A stretch of DNA of 64,000 nt from Camelus dromedarius. Taxonomy: Eukaryota. The notes under the pieces were generated by a model. That model saw only the letters and a list, made by a program, of their open reading frames with translations, did no database searches and had not been told where the DNA came from. The DNA is taken from the NCBI RefSeq assembly GCF_036321535.1, contig NC_087436.1:49850001-49914000 (forward strand). Direction: 5' to 3'. Of this stretch, positions 49,101 through 62,907 are shown in pieces. The position numbers and the translations under genes were made by a program. Position 1 is the first letter of the stretch. Each line of letters opens with the position of its first letter.

Positions 49101-51387
49101 GTTTGAGGGAAAAGAGAGTTTTTCTTAGGCATTGCAAAACATACAGTGATTTACTTCTCAACATATTAAAATTCAAACGAAGCAATTGTACAATTGAACC
49201 CAAAACCAATTCTTTGTGGCCTCCAACCTATCTGGAAGCAATGATAAAATTTTAGATTATCTTTAAAAATCCTTTTTTCCATCAAATGTATGAGTTTCTT
49301 ATGACCAACTGTCAGTGTTTTGAAATGTGCTTGATTCTCGGAGATTACCATTAATTTCATAATTGTAACCTCTCCATTCCTTTCTTCATTGTGATATACA
49401 GCTTGTAATGCAATGCACAGGATATTAGTTAATATTGCCATGAACAGATGGAATAAATTATAATCTGCTCCTTATGTAAATGTTAATTTTGACAGAATCT
49501 CTTATTTTTCAGAGATTAAAACTAATGCTTTGTATATGAACTTTCCATTTAAAAATCATTTTTCAGTAAACACCAAGCATTCTTTTACATATGACATCAA
49601 ATAATTTATTATACATGTCTCCGCTGAGTGACCTAATTTTCTCTCCACTTTACATCTATCATTGCAGATATTTCTTTCATTTATACCTGCCTTTTACATT
49701 TTTTATTTACTGAAATGACTGAAACCTGAGAATTATTTTTTTACTATTATGGGAATTAGGAATTTCTATAGATCTTATCAGCTGGCAAGCCATTTATCTT
49801 ATATATAAGACATTCTTTCTATTTAGGAATAGTCTACATTAAGTAGTGCTAAAATAATTAATTCAGTGCTTTTAGAGAATTGCTACAATTTTTAAACAGT
49901 AGAATGTTTTGATGTTACCCTTGTTCTCAGTTTTTGAAGAATTATAAACATGCACATATGAAAAAAGAGAGGGTTCTGGACGAAAGCAATCTTTCTGATA
50001 GAATTAGTTCAACACTAAAAGTGGTTATATTCAATGTATGTATAAAACTGGGTCAGCCACTAATATTTTAAGGGCATTCAGAAGCCATTAAGGAAATACA
50101 AGTGTTTACTTTTGCATAGGGATCAGACCTAGTCCTTTTCTTTAATGCATTTTACACTAAGTATTGTTTCATGATCTTGTGACTCAAGTGTTATAATATT
50201 ATAACTTTGTCTGATATTTTGGATATCACTAATAGATAAATTCTTTGTGGTAGCCTATAAATTATTGCTTAAAAACAGAAGCAGGAAATTGTGCTAAAAT
50301 ATGTTTTCAGAGATTCTCACACAGAGATTTTGAAGTCTATATTGAATTTCTCTCTTACCAAGTTGGATTAATATCCTTAATTACATATTACATCTTACTT
50401 AGAGAAAGCCCTCATTGGGCTCAAAGCAGTCATATGTGAATAGTTTGTAAGCAAGTTCCTTGAGATTTGAAATGATCTGGGCGATAAACATTTAACCAAT
50501 TTAATTCCACTCTGCATGTAATCGTGTATTTAAGAAAAATCACTTTAGTAAAGATTCCTTAAAGACCCACACTGAGGTTAACCCGAACTGAAAGTGTTCC
50601 ACTTTGTGAATAAGGAAAATAGCAATATATATGTCATACTTTCAAAAATATAATATTTTATTCACAGATTACCACCACCATATATCTCCTTATAATGTTT
50701 AAAGGTTATTTAAAGAATAATGTTTTTGTTTGGTTTTTCCTTTAGTCCAGATTCATTGTGATTAATTAACCTATTTTAGTGGTGCAGTGAGGACCTACGT
50801 AATGCTTGCTGAATCCCAAATGTGATTTGAATTAGTGCTCTCTGCACAAAATCTAGCTCTGACTTTGTCTATCCTCTGGATGTTTTTAGCTCCAATACCA
50901 TATTTTTCCTGTGGCTCCTACAATTCTTTGAGGGCTATGTCATAAGCTTTGCTACCAAAAAAAAAAAAAAAAAAAAAAAGTCAACCACTCTGAGGTGGAA
51001 AAATAAGTTGAATATTAAATACAACTTGAACATTCCTCTAAGAATTTGTGCAAATGCCAATATGAAAAATAGGGTTCAAATCAGGTTCTATTAGGTCAAA
51101 CACACCTTAAATTGCTAAAGAGTTTTACGGTGACATTTTGGTCATCAACCACAGCCATTATCTGGGGATAAATCAATTTGCAGCAGCCGTGGACAGCTAT
51201 TTGAGTGGAGAGCAGAGCAGCTTAACTGTAGAAGCATGTTAAAAGTTAAAAGGCCAGAGTCCTGCTGACTACACATAAGGGATTTTTTTTTTTTTTTAAG
51301 GCAAAAACATAACACAGCATCGCCTGGCTCGGAAGGCATCAAGCCACTCTTGTTAATTCATCCAACCTGATGGCTGATTTGATATGC

Positions 51388-51493
51388 TTTCTTTTCTAGC
51401 TCCCTTGTTAAGGATGGTGCATATTATAGAAACTTTTTTTTCTTTTCTAGCTCCCTTGTTAAGGATGGTGCATATTATAGAAACTTTTTTTTC
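51388..51493. repeat. Perfect 51-bp tandem duplication
   Basis: cttttctagctcccttgttaaggatggtgcatattatagaaactttttttt starting at 51391 and at 51442. Confidence 0.95.
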
Positions 51494-52339
51494 CTTTTGG
51501 CAAATAATTCTCTTTAGAGGTTCAGTTAGTGCTTCTGGCAATGGCAGGACTAGCGCTTTTATGGTCTTTTAATCTGTGAAAAAGATTGTCCTTGGTTTCT
51601 GTAAAAGGTCAATATCAGGTACAGAGTTTTCCAACTGTAAGCAAAATGGCACTGCACTAGATATGGTGTCTTGCAGCAAATTAACATAAAGAAGGTACTC
51701 GATTTGCCCCAGTTATACATTTGCTTGTTTATAACCTAGAATTTACAATCTTTTTACCTTTATTTTTCTCACTTGATGCAATAGTTTTCTAAATTTGAGG
51801 CCTAGATTTAGAAAGTAAAATAATTTGCTGTGCTGGGTTTTATTTGAAGTTTACATTTTGGAATATCTAGAAAATGGATGGGGGACAGAGATGAAAGGAT
51901 GGGTCTTTACAGAAAAAATAGCCTCCTGAATTAAGTTGGAAATTATATATACAAATTCAAGTGTGCATCAATTGTGGTTTATTTAATAGATTTACTTTTC
52001 ACAATGTAGTGCATCCAATGTAACCTCAAATGCCTGAGACAATGTACAAAGGTGGTTTATGTTCTGTAGAGTGATGTAATCTAATATGGACCAGTTATTG
52101 TTGTTGAAGTTGGAATAATGATTCTGTCAGAGTGCAGGGAATATTCTTTATGAGTAATCATTGCCATTGAAGACATGACATTGTGGTTTGAGGCTTGTAG
52201 TGGGATAATTTCAACAGTCATTGCTCAAGCAAAAGCTAGATTTGAAATAACATTATCAGTGCCCCACCCAAATGTCAAATGTAATAATAAAATTATTTAA
52301 TTTTACATTTAATGAATGGTAATTACATATGATTCCAGT

Positions 52340-52404
52340 GAGGGAAAGAAAGAAAGGAAGAAAGGAAGAAAGAAAAGAAAAGAAAAGAAAAGAAAAGAAA
52401 AGAA

Positions 52405-52471
<67 letters not shown>

Positions 52472-52574
52472 GAAGGAAGGAAGGAAGAAAGAAAGGAAGG
52501 AAGGAAGGAAGGAAGGAAAGAAAGAAAAGAAAGGAAGGAAGGAAGGAAGGAAGGAAGGAAGGAAGGAGAGAAAA
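52340..52574. repeat. Compound (GAAAA)n(GAAA)n(GGAA)n polypurine microsatellite
   Basis: About 235 bp with only purines on the + strand; explains ORFs 52309-52675. Confidence 0.95.
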
Positions 52575-53264
52575 CTTGCTTGTATGGGCTAAATATGCTT
52601 GCTGGAAATTGTGATTTGACTGATCCCAATGTTAAATTGAAAAATTTTAACTATATAAATATCATAATAGATTGAGCTTCCATATAGTTTAGTCATATGC
52701 TAAATTTTTTTAATATTGAGGTAAATTTATGTAAATTCTTGGCATAAGGATTATTCAGTGGTTCTACACAAATACTTTCGTGAGAACATGTCAGAATCTG
52801 AGAGAGGCTGAATCTAAGTGCTATTATTCTGAAATTATAGGCAAAAATGAAGAGCGTATAGATTCATTTTTTAAAGTGTGAGTGAAAGTATTTTAGGTTC
52901 ACAAAGGTAAACCTTTAGCTAGTAAGAACCAGCAGAAATGGTAAAATTAATTTAGATGATTGGTCAATAACCACAATTCTTGGCTAAAGGCTCCCTTTTT
53001 AAATCTACAGAGATGCAATTGGTGTACTCTATGGTAAAACCCTAAACTCAAAAATCCCAAAAATCTTCCTGCGAAAACACCTGACCTTGTGTTATTAGTA
53101 CAGAACAAAGGGAAATATCCACTGAGGCTCCTGTTAACTGTTCTTCAGATGAAGAACACACATGAATACTGATAACCAACGTGTAGCAGCACCTACCCTC
53201 CGTTAGTGACTCGCTGGCTGACACCTCGTCAGTGTGCAGTAAAACGCTGTGGTGCAAGCTTGAT

Positions 53265-53860
53265 GAGCATTCCTACTCTGCAGATGAGGAAAGTGAGTTG
53301 GAGAGGATAAATGCCTCACCCATAGTCACACAACAAATAAGTAAGGTGTAGTGGACTGCTGGTCGTCCCCCCAATATCTATTCTCCTCTTTCACTTTCAG
53401 TGAAAAAACCCCTGAGTTTAGATTAGGCACATGGCTTAAACCTCAACTAGGGACCCCATTTCCCATCCTCTCTTGCAGTTAGTCATAGATAACCATGATA
53501 CTACATTTTGGTCAATAGTTTTGAACTAAAGCGTGTTGTTGGCAGCTTCTGGGTCTTACCTTTAAAGGGACTGTACCTTACTTGGCCACGTGTCTGAAAG
53601 CCACGGGTAGAGTGTGACAAAGCAACATAATGCAAGGAGCCCGAGAGCTCAACAGTGTCAAAGCACAAAGCCAGGCCAGGCCAGCTCAGCCAGACCTCTA
53701 CATGAAGGAGAAGGAAGCCAACTTTTGTGTTTAGGGCCCTCCCTACTTCTCACTCTTTCAGCAATCCAAACGGTACCCTAACTAATGTGGTGCGAGAACT
53801 GAGTTTCAGGTCCAGATCAGCTTGAATCCAGAGCCTAAGCTCTTAAGCGTTATAACACAT
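53265..53860. mobile_element. MIR interrupted by an MLT1-type LTR (~53347-53788)
   Basis: MIR half cagatgaggaaagtgag…cccatagtcacaca; LTR start tgtagtggactg…ccaatatctattctcc; MIR resumes gaactgagtttcaggtccag…tccagagcctaagctcttaa. Confidence 0.6.
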
Positions 53861-54445
53861 CCAATGAAGATGATTATTTAGGAGGATTATCAAGGTCATT
53901 TTGACTTAGAAATTTTTTTCAGTTAGGAATTTATGTCTCTAGAAACATTGGATCAACTAACTTTGACAAAGAACAACAACAAAAAGAGACAAATTGTAGG
54001 GAAAATTATAGGCTCTACTAATTTTTTTTCCCCTGAATTAATATTCCCCAAATATTCCACTTGGAAGGAATATGCAGAACACCACAAGCGCAGATGCTCT
54101 GTTTCATGACTAGTGAATTATTCTTTTAACTTATACCTTTGGCTTAATCTATTCCTTCAAATCTCTCAGTATTGGCTTCTGACTGTGGGTCTCCACTTGC
54201 TTCTTTATGTATTTCTTTCATAATTTCTGAGTTCTCAGAGTTCTTGTGTTGTTCTTCTTGCTGCCTCATTAAAATTACCCATCTTCAAGCCCTCAGATGA
54301 CTCCAATAATTTACAAATCACTTCTGTAAATATATATACAAACTATAGTATAATATATTATGTTATAAATATAATACAAACTAGCTGGTAGTAAAATTTT
54401 AAATATCAGAAGTACAACAATAAAGATATGTGAAGCCTAATTTAA

Positions 54446-55600
54446 GGGATGGGAGAAAATATTTGCAAACCACATATCCAAAAAAGGGTTAATATCCAAA
54501 ATATACAAAGAATTCATATAACTCAACAGCATAATAATAAACAACCTATTTTGAAAATGGGCAAAGGATCTGAATAGTCATTTCCCAAAGAAGACATATA
54601 GATGACCAACAGGTTCATGAAAACATGCTCAACATTATCTTCAGGAAGATGCAAATCAAAACCATAAGGAGATACTGACTTTTGCTAGAGTGGTTGTTAT
54701 CAAAAAGACAAGAGATAGCAAATGCTAGTGAGTATGTAGAGCAAAGGGAACATTGTTGGTATACAGTGCTGGTGAGAATGTGAACTGGTAGAGTCACTAT
54801 GGAAAATAACATGGAGGGTTCTCAAGAAATTAAAAATAAACTGCTATATGACCCAACAATGCCACTTCTTGCTCTTTATCCAAAGGAAACAAAGGCATTA
54901 CCTCAAGGAATTATCAGTACTCCCATATTCATAGCAGCATTATTCATAGTAGCTAAGGTATGGAAACAACCTAAGTGTCCATCAGTGGATGAATGGATAA
55001 AGAAAATGTGATCTACATGCATGATGTAATATTATTCAGCCTTAAAAATGAAGAAAATTCTGCTATTTGTGACAACATGGATAAAACTGGAGGGCATTGG
55101 CTAAGAGAAATAAGCCGGACAGAGGAAGATAAATACTGCATACTGCATAATATCACTTACATGTGGAATCCAAAAAAAAAAAAAAAGAAAGAAAGAAAGA
55201 AAGAAAGAAAGAAAAGTCAGACTCATAGAAACAGAGAATAGAATAATGGTTGCCAGAGGCTGGGGGTGGCGGAATTACAGAGAGGTTGGTAAAAGTGTAC
55301 AAACTTTCAGTTATAAGATGAATATATCTGAGACCCTAATGTATAACATGGTGACTATAAGTGATATACTGTACTTTATAGCTGAAATTTTCTAGAAGAG
55401 TAGAACTTCAGTGTTCTCACCAAAAAACAAACAAACAAAAAAGGTAAATATATGAGGTGATGGATATGTTAATTAACTCCATTCCTCCATTGGGGGTGGA
55501 ATCTGTTCACAATATATATTTATATCAAATTATCACGTTGTACACTTTATGTATCTTAAAATTATTTTTGTCAACTGTACCTCAGTAAAGCTGAAAAAAT
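54446..55600 (+). mobile_element. 5'-truncated L1 (L1MA-like): ORF2 C-terminus plus 3' UTR
   Basis: ORF 54799-55011 contains YDPTMPLLALYPKE…FIAALFIVAKVWKQPKCPSVDEWIKKM (L1 ORF2 C-terminus); 3' end tgtcaactgtacctcagtaaagctgaaaaaa. Confidence 0.9.
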
Positions 55601-55613
55601 GTAAATAATATGT

Positions 55614-58600
55614 GGAGACTTATGGTTTCTGGTCTGACATGTAGGAAGTTTGGAAGTATTCACTCCATTCTCATAAGAAAAAAGGTTAGCAAACTGAAAA
55701 TGAACAACTCTTCTTACAGCCATCAGAGAACTGAGATCACAAGGCAAACTGCTGCCCATGAAACTGGAGAAACAGGCAAATACAGAGAATTAGTGAGCTT
55801 GAATATATGTCAATAGAAACTTCCCAAGTTGAGAAGCAAAGAACAAAAAGAAACAGAAAAAAAGTGGAACAGAATACCCCCAAACTGTGAAATAGTTACA
55901 AGAGGTTTAACACATGCATATTGGAAATGCCAAAAGGAGAAGAAAGAAAGGTACAGAAGAATTTGGAGCAATAATGTCTGAGAAGTTCCCAAAATTAAGA
56001 CACAAACTGTGGAAACTTACACAAGAAGAAAGAGACCTATATATATTAGAGAGTTTGAGTTAGTAATTAATAGCATCAAGCCCAGATGGGTCTACAACTG
56101 TTAGAGAAGAAGTATACTTTACAATCTCTTTTAGAGGATAGAAGCAAAGGGAATACTTCCTAAATTATGAGGGCCAGCATTACCCTAATGCCAAAACCAG
56201 GCACAGACATTATGAGAAAAGAAAAACTACAGATCAGTATCTCTCATAAACACAGATGCAAAAATCCTCAACAAAATATTGGCAAATCAGATTCAACAAT
56301 GCATAAAAAAGATACACCATGACCAAGTGGGATTTATCCCAGGTATGCAAGGCTGGTTCAACGTTGGAAAATCAGTGTAATCACATCAATGGGCTTAAAA
56401 AAAAAAACCCACATGATTGTATCAATATATGCAGAAAAAGCATTTGACAGAATCTAACATTCATTCATGATAAAATCTCTCAGTAAACTAGGAATAGATG
56501 GGAAATTTCTCAACCTTTCTTTCTGTAAAGAATATTTACAAAAACCCTACATCTAACCTTATACTTGATGGCAAGATATTTGAGGCTTTCCCTCTAAGAT
56601 CAGGTGTAAGACAAGGGTGTGACCTCTCACTGCTCCTTTTCAACTTTGTACTGGGAGTTCCACCTAATGCAATAAAATATGGAAGGGGAATAAAAGATAC
56701 ACAGATTGGGAAGAAGAAATAAAACAATCTGTTCACAGATGACGTAATTGCCTATGTAGAAAACCTGGAAGAACTGATAAAAAAGGCTCCTGGAACTAAT
56801 AAAAGATTATAGCAAGATTGCAGGATACAAGGTTAGTATATAAAATTAATTGCTTTCCTAAGTATCAGAAATAAACAATTGGACTTTGTAATTAAAAACA
56901 CAACACCATTTACGTTAGCATGAAAAGAAATATTTTAGTGTAAATCTAAGCAAATTTCTACAAGATCTATAGGAGGAAAACTACAGAACTCTAATGAAGG
57001 AGCTCAGGGAAATTCTTAATAAATGGAGAGACAGTCTATGTTCATAGATAAGAATACTCAGTAGTGTTAAGATATAAATTCTCCCCAACTTGATCTATAG
57101 ATTTAATGCAATTCCAATCAAAACCCCAGCAAGTTACTTTGTGGACATTGACAAACAGATTCTAAAGTTTATATGGAAAGGCAAAAAACTCAGCATAGCC
57201 AACACAGTATCAAAGAGAACCAATAAGACTTTAAAACTGGACTTCAAGACTTATATAAAGTTATATCAGTCAAGACAGTGTGGTATTGGTGAAAGACTAG
57301 GAAAATAGATCAGTGGAGCAGAATAGAGCCCAGAAATAGACTCACACAATTATAGTCAACTGATCTTTGACAAAGGTAATTCCATAGAGAAAGGATAATC
57401 TTTTCAAGGAAAGATGCTGAGACAACTGGACACAAACATGCAAAAAAAAAATGAATCTGAACCCTGAACTTATACCTTTTATAAAAACTAACTCAAAATG
57501 GATCATAGACTTAAGTGAAAAATGAAAAACTATAAAACTATAGAAGATAACATAGGAGAAAATCTAGGTAACAGGTTTGGCAATGAGTTTTTTGATACAA
57601 TATCAAATGCATGATCCATGAAAGAAGAAACTAGTAAGTTAGACTTCATTAAAATTAAAAACTTCGACTCTGTGAAAGTGTGAAAGACACTGTTAATTGA
57701 ATAGGGACAAGCCAGAGATCTGAAGTATATAAGTGAAAAACACACGTCCAATAAAGTACACTTATACAAAATGTACAAAGAACTCTTAGAACTCAACACT
57801 AAGAAGTCGGTTAAGTGCATTAAAAAGTAAGCAAAAGTTCTGAACAGACACTCACCAAAGAAGATATACAGATGGTAAATAAGCATATGAAAAGATACTC
57901 AACGTCAAAGGTCATTACTGAAATGTAAATCAAAACATCAGTGAGATACGATTACACACCTATTAGGATGGCTCAAATCCAAAGCACAACACCAAATGCT
58001 GGCTAGGATGTGAAACAAAGGGAACTCTCATTCCCTGCTGGTAGGAATACAAAATGGTGCAGTCCATTTGGAAGACCCGCATCTTTTACAAAACTAAAGA
58101 TAGCCTTCCTCTATGATCCAGTAATCATGCTCATTCGTATTCACCCAACTGAGTTGAAAATTTAAATCTACACAATATTCTGAACATGAATATTGGTAGT
58201 AGCTTTATTCACAACTGCCTAAAAATTGGAAGCAACCAATCTGTCTTTCAGCAGGTGAGTGGACAAAGTATAGGACATCTACCAAATGGGGTATTATTCA
58301 GTAATAAAAGGAAATAAGCCACTAGCCATAACAAACATAGAGGAACTTTAAATGGATATGGCTAAATGAAAGAAGCCAGTCTGAAAAAGCTACATGCTGT
58401 ATGGTTCCAAGTATATGATATTCTGGAAAAGGAAAAACTATAGAGAGTAAATAAAAGATTAGTGGTTGCCAGGATTTGGGGTAGAAGGGTAAGGGCGAGA
58501 TAAATCAGTGGAGCACAGATTTTCAGGGCCCTGAAATTACTCTGTAATGGTGGATACATGAGATTATGCATTTGTTCATTTTCATACAAGTATATAACAC

Positions 58601-58815
58601 AAAAAAGTGAACCCAAATGTAAACTATGGACTTTAGTTAATAATAATGTATTAATATTGGTTTATTAAACAGTAAGAAATGTACTACACTAATGAAGGAT
58701 GTTAATAGTAGGGAAACTGTGTGGGTAAGGGCTTATATCAGAATCTGTGTACTTTCTGCTTACTTTTTTTCTGTAAACCTAAAACTGCTCTAAAAAATAA
58801 ACTCCGTTAATTAAA
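55614..58815 (+). mobile_element. Old L1 (L1MC/MD-like), decayed, with 5' end, ORF2 remnants and 3' UTR
   Basis: RT remnants FEAFPLRSGVRQGCDLSLLLFN (ORF 56498-56722), LFTDD at 56729-56743 and [10 protein letters not shown] (57090). The 3' UTR includes aatgtaaactatggactttagttaataataatgta. Many stops and frameshifts. Confidence 0.9.
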
Positions 58816-59913
58816 GAGAAAGATATATAAAGGTATATTTCTATTTGAAGGAGCACAAAGAAATATAAAAATTGCTATAGTTTAATTCAGAACTCATTAA
58901 AGTGAAGAAATGCACTGGATTGTTGAATTCTATATTGTTTATTGCCCTTTTATTTGTAGATATAATAAAAATGTTTGCTAATAACAAACAATACTGATTT
59001 GTAGAGTGTTTGAAGTACGCATATTTTTAAGATTTCTACAACTATTTCTTGAAAAATAGTGTTATACCTTTCTGTTGTAGGTATATTTAACACATCTTTA
59101 TCCTTCTTACATTAGTACACATCAACAAGTATTCTTTCAATATATGTGTTTAGCAGTACGTGCAGGAGTTACTTGAATTGTTTTTTTACGGAAGAATAAG
59201 CATACTTTGTGACTTGTGCTACAATAATATGGGCAGTGATGGAGGCTACAAAGTATTTGGTTTCTAGCCAGTTGGTATGAATATAAGCCTTGAATCTCTG
59301 TCAAGTAGATTCATGTATTACGATTGCTTAGTCAGTTTAGCAAAATGACATTGATAAATAATTGTTAGCAATTCACAGCACAACAGTTTTAATGCCTTAA
59401 TAACTGAACTGAACACAAACCAGCTAAAACCATTTCTCCACTTGTTACATTTCAGAGACAAACTAAGCACGAAAATTTAAAAACCAAGTATCGACAACGT
59501 CTATAACTTATGATAAATATCTCCCTGCTTTGTCTCCCTCCCTATTCCTCTGCCTCTCTCTCTATTTATATTTATTTGTCTCCTTATAACACTATTTAAT
59601 TTCATTCAATTAAATGGTCAGTCATGTTCTCTGTGTCCCAGTAAGGAGAGAAAAATGAGTGAAATGCTAATCAAAATACCTATCATTTATAGATTCTTTG
59701 CAATAGTGATGATATACAGAATTTTCTTACCAAACAAGATGTCTTTTATTAAATACATCATGTAATGGCTTTTCAGTATCATGTTGGTTGATAACGGTAG
59801 CTTTATAATAAGTCTTGAAATAGTGTGCATACTCCAACTTTGTTTTTCAAGATTTTCCTGCCTATTTTAGGATGTTTGCATTTTCATATGTATTTTAGAA
59901 ATAACTTGTCAGC

Positions 59914-59915
<2 letters not shown>

Positions 59916-59962
<47 letters not shown>
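59916..59962. repeat. (AC)23 microsatellite
   Basis: Perfect dinucleotide run. Confidence 0.95.
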
Positions 59963-59965
<3 letters not shown>

Positions 59966-62697
59966 CTTCAGGGATTTTGGAGGAGATTGCACTCAACCTA
60001 GAAATCAATTTGAAGAATATTGCTATCTGAACAATATTAATTCTTTCAATTCATAAGAATGGTATATCTTTCATTAATCTAGGTCTCACAGCATTTTCCG
60101 TGTAAGCGTCTTGCATAGCTATCTTTTCATTCTATTAGAAACCAAAATGTAAATTATAACTTTCCAAATGCAATTAATTGACTTTTAAACATTGATCTTG
60201 TACTTCCAACCTTGCAAAATTTACTTATTAGTTGTATCAGTATTTCTATGTTTCTTAGCATGTCCTACGAAGCTAATGTGAATAAAGAGAGTTTAATTTT
60301 TTCTCTTCCAATACTTATGTCTTTTATTTGCTTTTCTTGCTCTTTTGTCCTGGCTAGGACCTCCATGTTGAATTGGAAGTGGCAAAAGCAAAGATTCTGG
60401 CTTTGTTCTTGATGTTGGGGGAAAGCGTTTTTTTCAGATTACTTACTTGATTTGTGCTATTTATTAGCATGTGGTTTATTTCTCAAGTATTGAAAGTTTT
60501 ATAAGTATCTTGTTGTTACTTGTTTCTAATTTATTTCATTTTGGAAACAGGACATATTCTGTAAGTTTTCAATATGTTGAAATTTACTGCTGCTTGTTTT
60601 ATGAGGCAGCAAATGGTCTATCATTTATAACATTCCATATGCACTTAAAAATATGTGTGTTCTGTAGTTACTGATTATAATGTTTTAAAACGTCAGTTAG
60701 GGCAAGTTATTTAAAATATTGTTCAAATCTTCAATATTTTTAGTGATGTTACTTCTTGGCTCCATCAATTACAAAGACAGTGGTGTTAAATACTCCAATT
60801 ATATTTGTACATTTATGTATATTTCTACATTTAATCCTGACATTGTTTTTCCTTCATGCATTTTTAAAGCACTGTTATTAGGTTCATACACAGTTAGAAA
60901 TATTATGGTCTTCTTCATGGATTGACCATTCAAGAGAAATTTTCTAATCACCTCTAGTAATATTCTGGTCCTTAGGTCTATTTTACATTGTATTAATATA
61001 GTGACCCTATTTTTCTTATGCTTATTAACTGTGTGGAATATCTGTTTCTATCATTTTACTTCCAACCTCTCTGTGTACTTGTATTTTAAGTTTTATTTCT
61101 TGTAAAAAATACATATAGTTGAGTCTTTTAAAAAAAGTTCATTCTGACATTCTTTGCCTTTTAATTGTAGCATGTAATTCATTTATATTTAATATAATTG
61201 TTCATCTGTCTGGAGTTAAGTTTATCTTCTTACTATTTCTTTTCTAGTCGTTTATCTGATTTTTTTCCTACTCACTCACTTCTTGCCTTCTTTTTTGGTT
61301 CATAAAATATTTTTAGAATTCTCTTTTAATTTCTCTATTGTCTTTTATTTTTATATTATTATTTCACATTTATCCTAGAAATTAAAACTCTAACTTATCA
61401 TGGTATCCTTTGTGGTAGGAATGTTTTATTGTATTTCACCATATGCTACATAATGATATGCAGTATGATTTCATTTATCCTTTATCATTTGACCATCATA
61501 TGTCTATATAGTTCACTAATATCAAAATGCAATGTTATAAAATTTCAGTTGTCTTTGGAAGAAATTAAACATTAAAAGATAATATTTTATATTTCCCACA
61601 TATGTGTAATTCCCAGTGTTTTTTATTTCTTCCTGTAGACCCAAGTTTCATCTAGTGTGGTCTCCCTTTAACCTGAATATTTTTCTCTCCATTTCTAAAA
61701 GTGTGGCTATCCTGGAGACTCATGCTCTCAGCAATTTTTATGTGAAAATTCGATCTTATTTTTGGAAAAAAAATTTACTGGCTATAAAATATGGTCTCAA
61801 AATTATTTTTCACTTCAGTAGTTAAACTCTTTTCTTTCATTGTCTTCCAGTTTCTATTATATCTAGTAAAAAGCCTGTTATTATTTGTATTTTTTTAACT
61901 TTTCTGTAATATGTCTCTTTTGTCCATGACTGCTTTTACGATTTTCCTCTTCATCTTCGGCTTCTATCATGTAATTTTTAGATGTGGTTGACCAGGTATT
62001 TACCTTGCTTAGGCTTTGCAGAGGTTCTTGGATCTGCAAATTGATGTTTTCCTCCCTCCCACCACCCCTGATTTGGGAAATTCACAAATAGTGAATCGTT
62101 ATTGTAAAAAGTGTTGAGTTTTATTATGGCAGGCAGTTAGGTTCCTGGCAAATCTTTCTTGTCCTGTCAGTCTTTGTGATGTTATTTTCTGCTCTTTTGT
62201 CTTATCTCCCTTTAGGATTTGGACTACATATGTGTTAGACTGCTTGATCTTGTTCCCTGAGTCCCTGAAGGTTTCTTAAAATTTTTTCAATTAGTTTTCC
62301 AGCTTTTTTTTATATTGATGAATTTCTATTCATCTGTCTTTAAACTCAGTAACCTTGCCTTCCTCAGGTTTCCATCTTCTGTTAAGCCTACCAAGTGGAT
62401 ATGCCACTTCACATATTGTATTTTTGACACGAGAATTTTCAGTTGGCTCTTTTTTATAGTTTTCATTCATCTGCTTAAATGACATTATGACAGTCTTTTC
62501 CTACAAGCTTCTGTACGTATCCTAATAACTAATTTAAAAGTCTTTAGTGACAAATCCAATCTCTGTGTTATCTCAGATCATTTCTTTATTGAATGTGTTT
62601 TTTGTTTAGTTTTAGTCACACTCTTATATATTTGCATGTCTAGTAATTTTTTATTATATGCTAGACATTATGCTAATACACTGTAGTGAGTCTAGAT

Positions 62698-62907
62698 CTG
62701 TGGTTAGCAAACACTTTCTTAAAGGGCCAGATACTAAGTATTTTAAGTTGTGGGCTATACAATCTCTGCTATAATTACCTAACACTGCTGTTTTAGTGGG
62801 AAAGAAACAACACAAAATATTTAAACAAATGGGCATGGCTGTGTTCCAATAAAATTTATTTTCCAAAATGGCTGGCCTGCCTGTGGGGTGTGATTTGCTC
62901 ACCCCTT
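62698..62907 (+). mobile_element. MER58A-like hAT-Charlie element
   Basis: gcaaacactttcttaaagggccagata…gggcatggctgtgttccaataaaatttattt; 8-bp TSD gtctagat / ctctagaa (6/8). Confidence 0.88.

Noticed and set aside
39320..49520. Isolated strong splice-acceptor-like sites (~39341, ~43703, ~49512) as lncRNA exons
   Set aside because: Pyrimidine-AG motifs are common, and no paired donors or transcript evidence can be established from sequence alone.
49797..50205. AT-rich palindromes tcttatatataaga (49797) and gttataatattataac (50190)
   Set aside because: Low-complexity AT palindromes are expected in this composition.
52309..52675. K/E/R-rich 119-aa ORF and its antisense partner
   Set aside because: Translation of a purine microsatellite.
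56498..57308. Reverse-transcriptase-like ORFs as a novel RT system or domesticated gene
   Set aside because: Ordinary decayed L1 ORF2 with stops, frameshifts and deletions; no intact reading frame.
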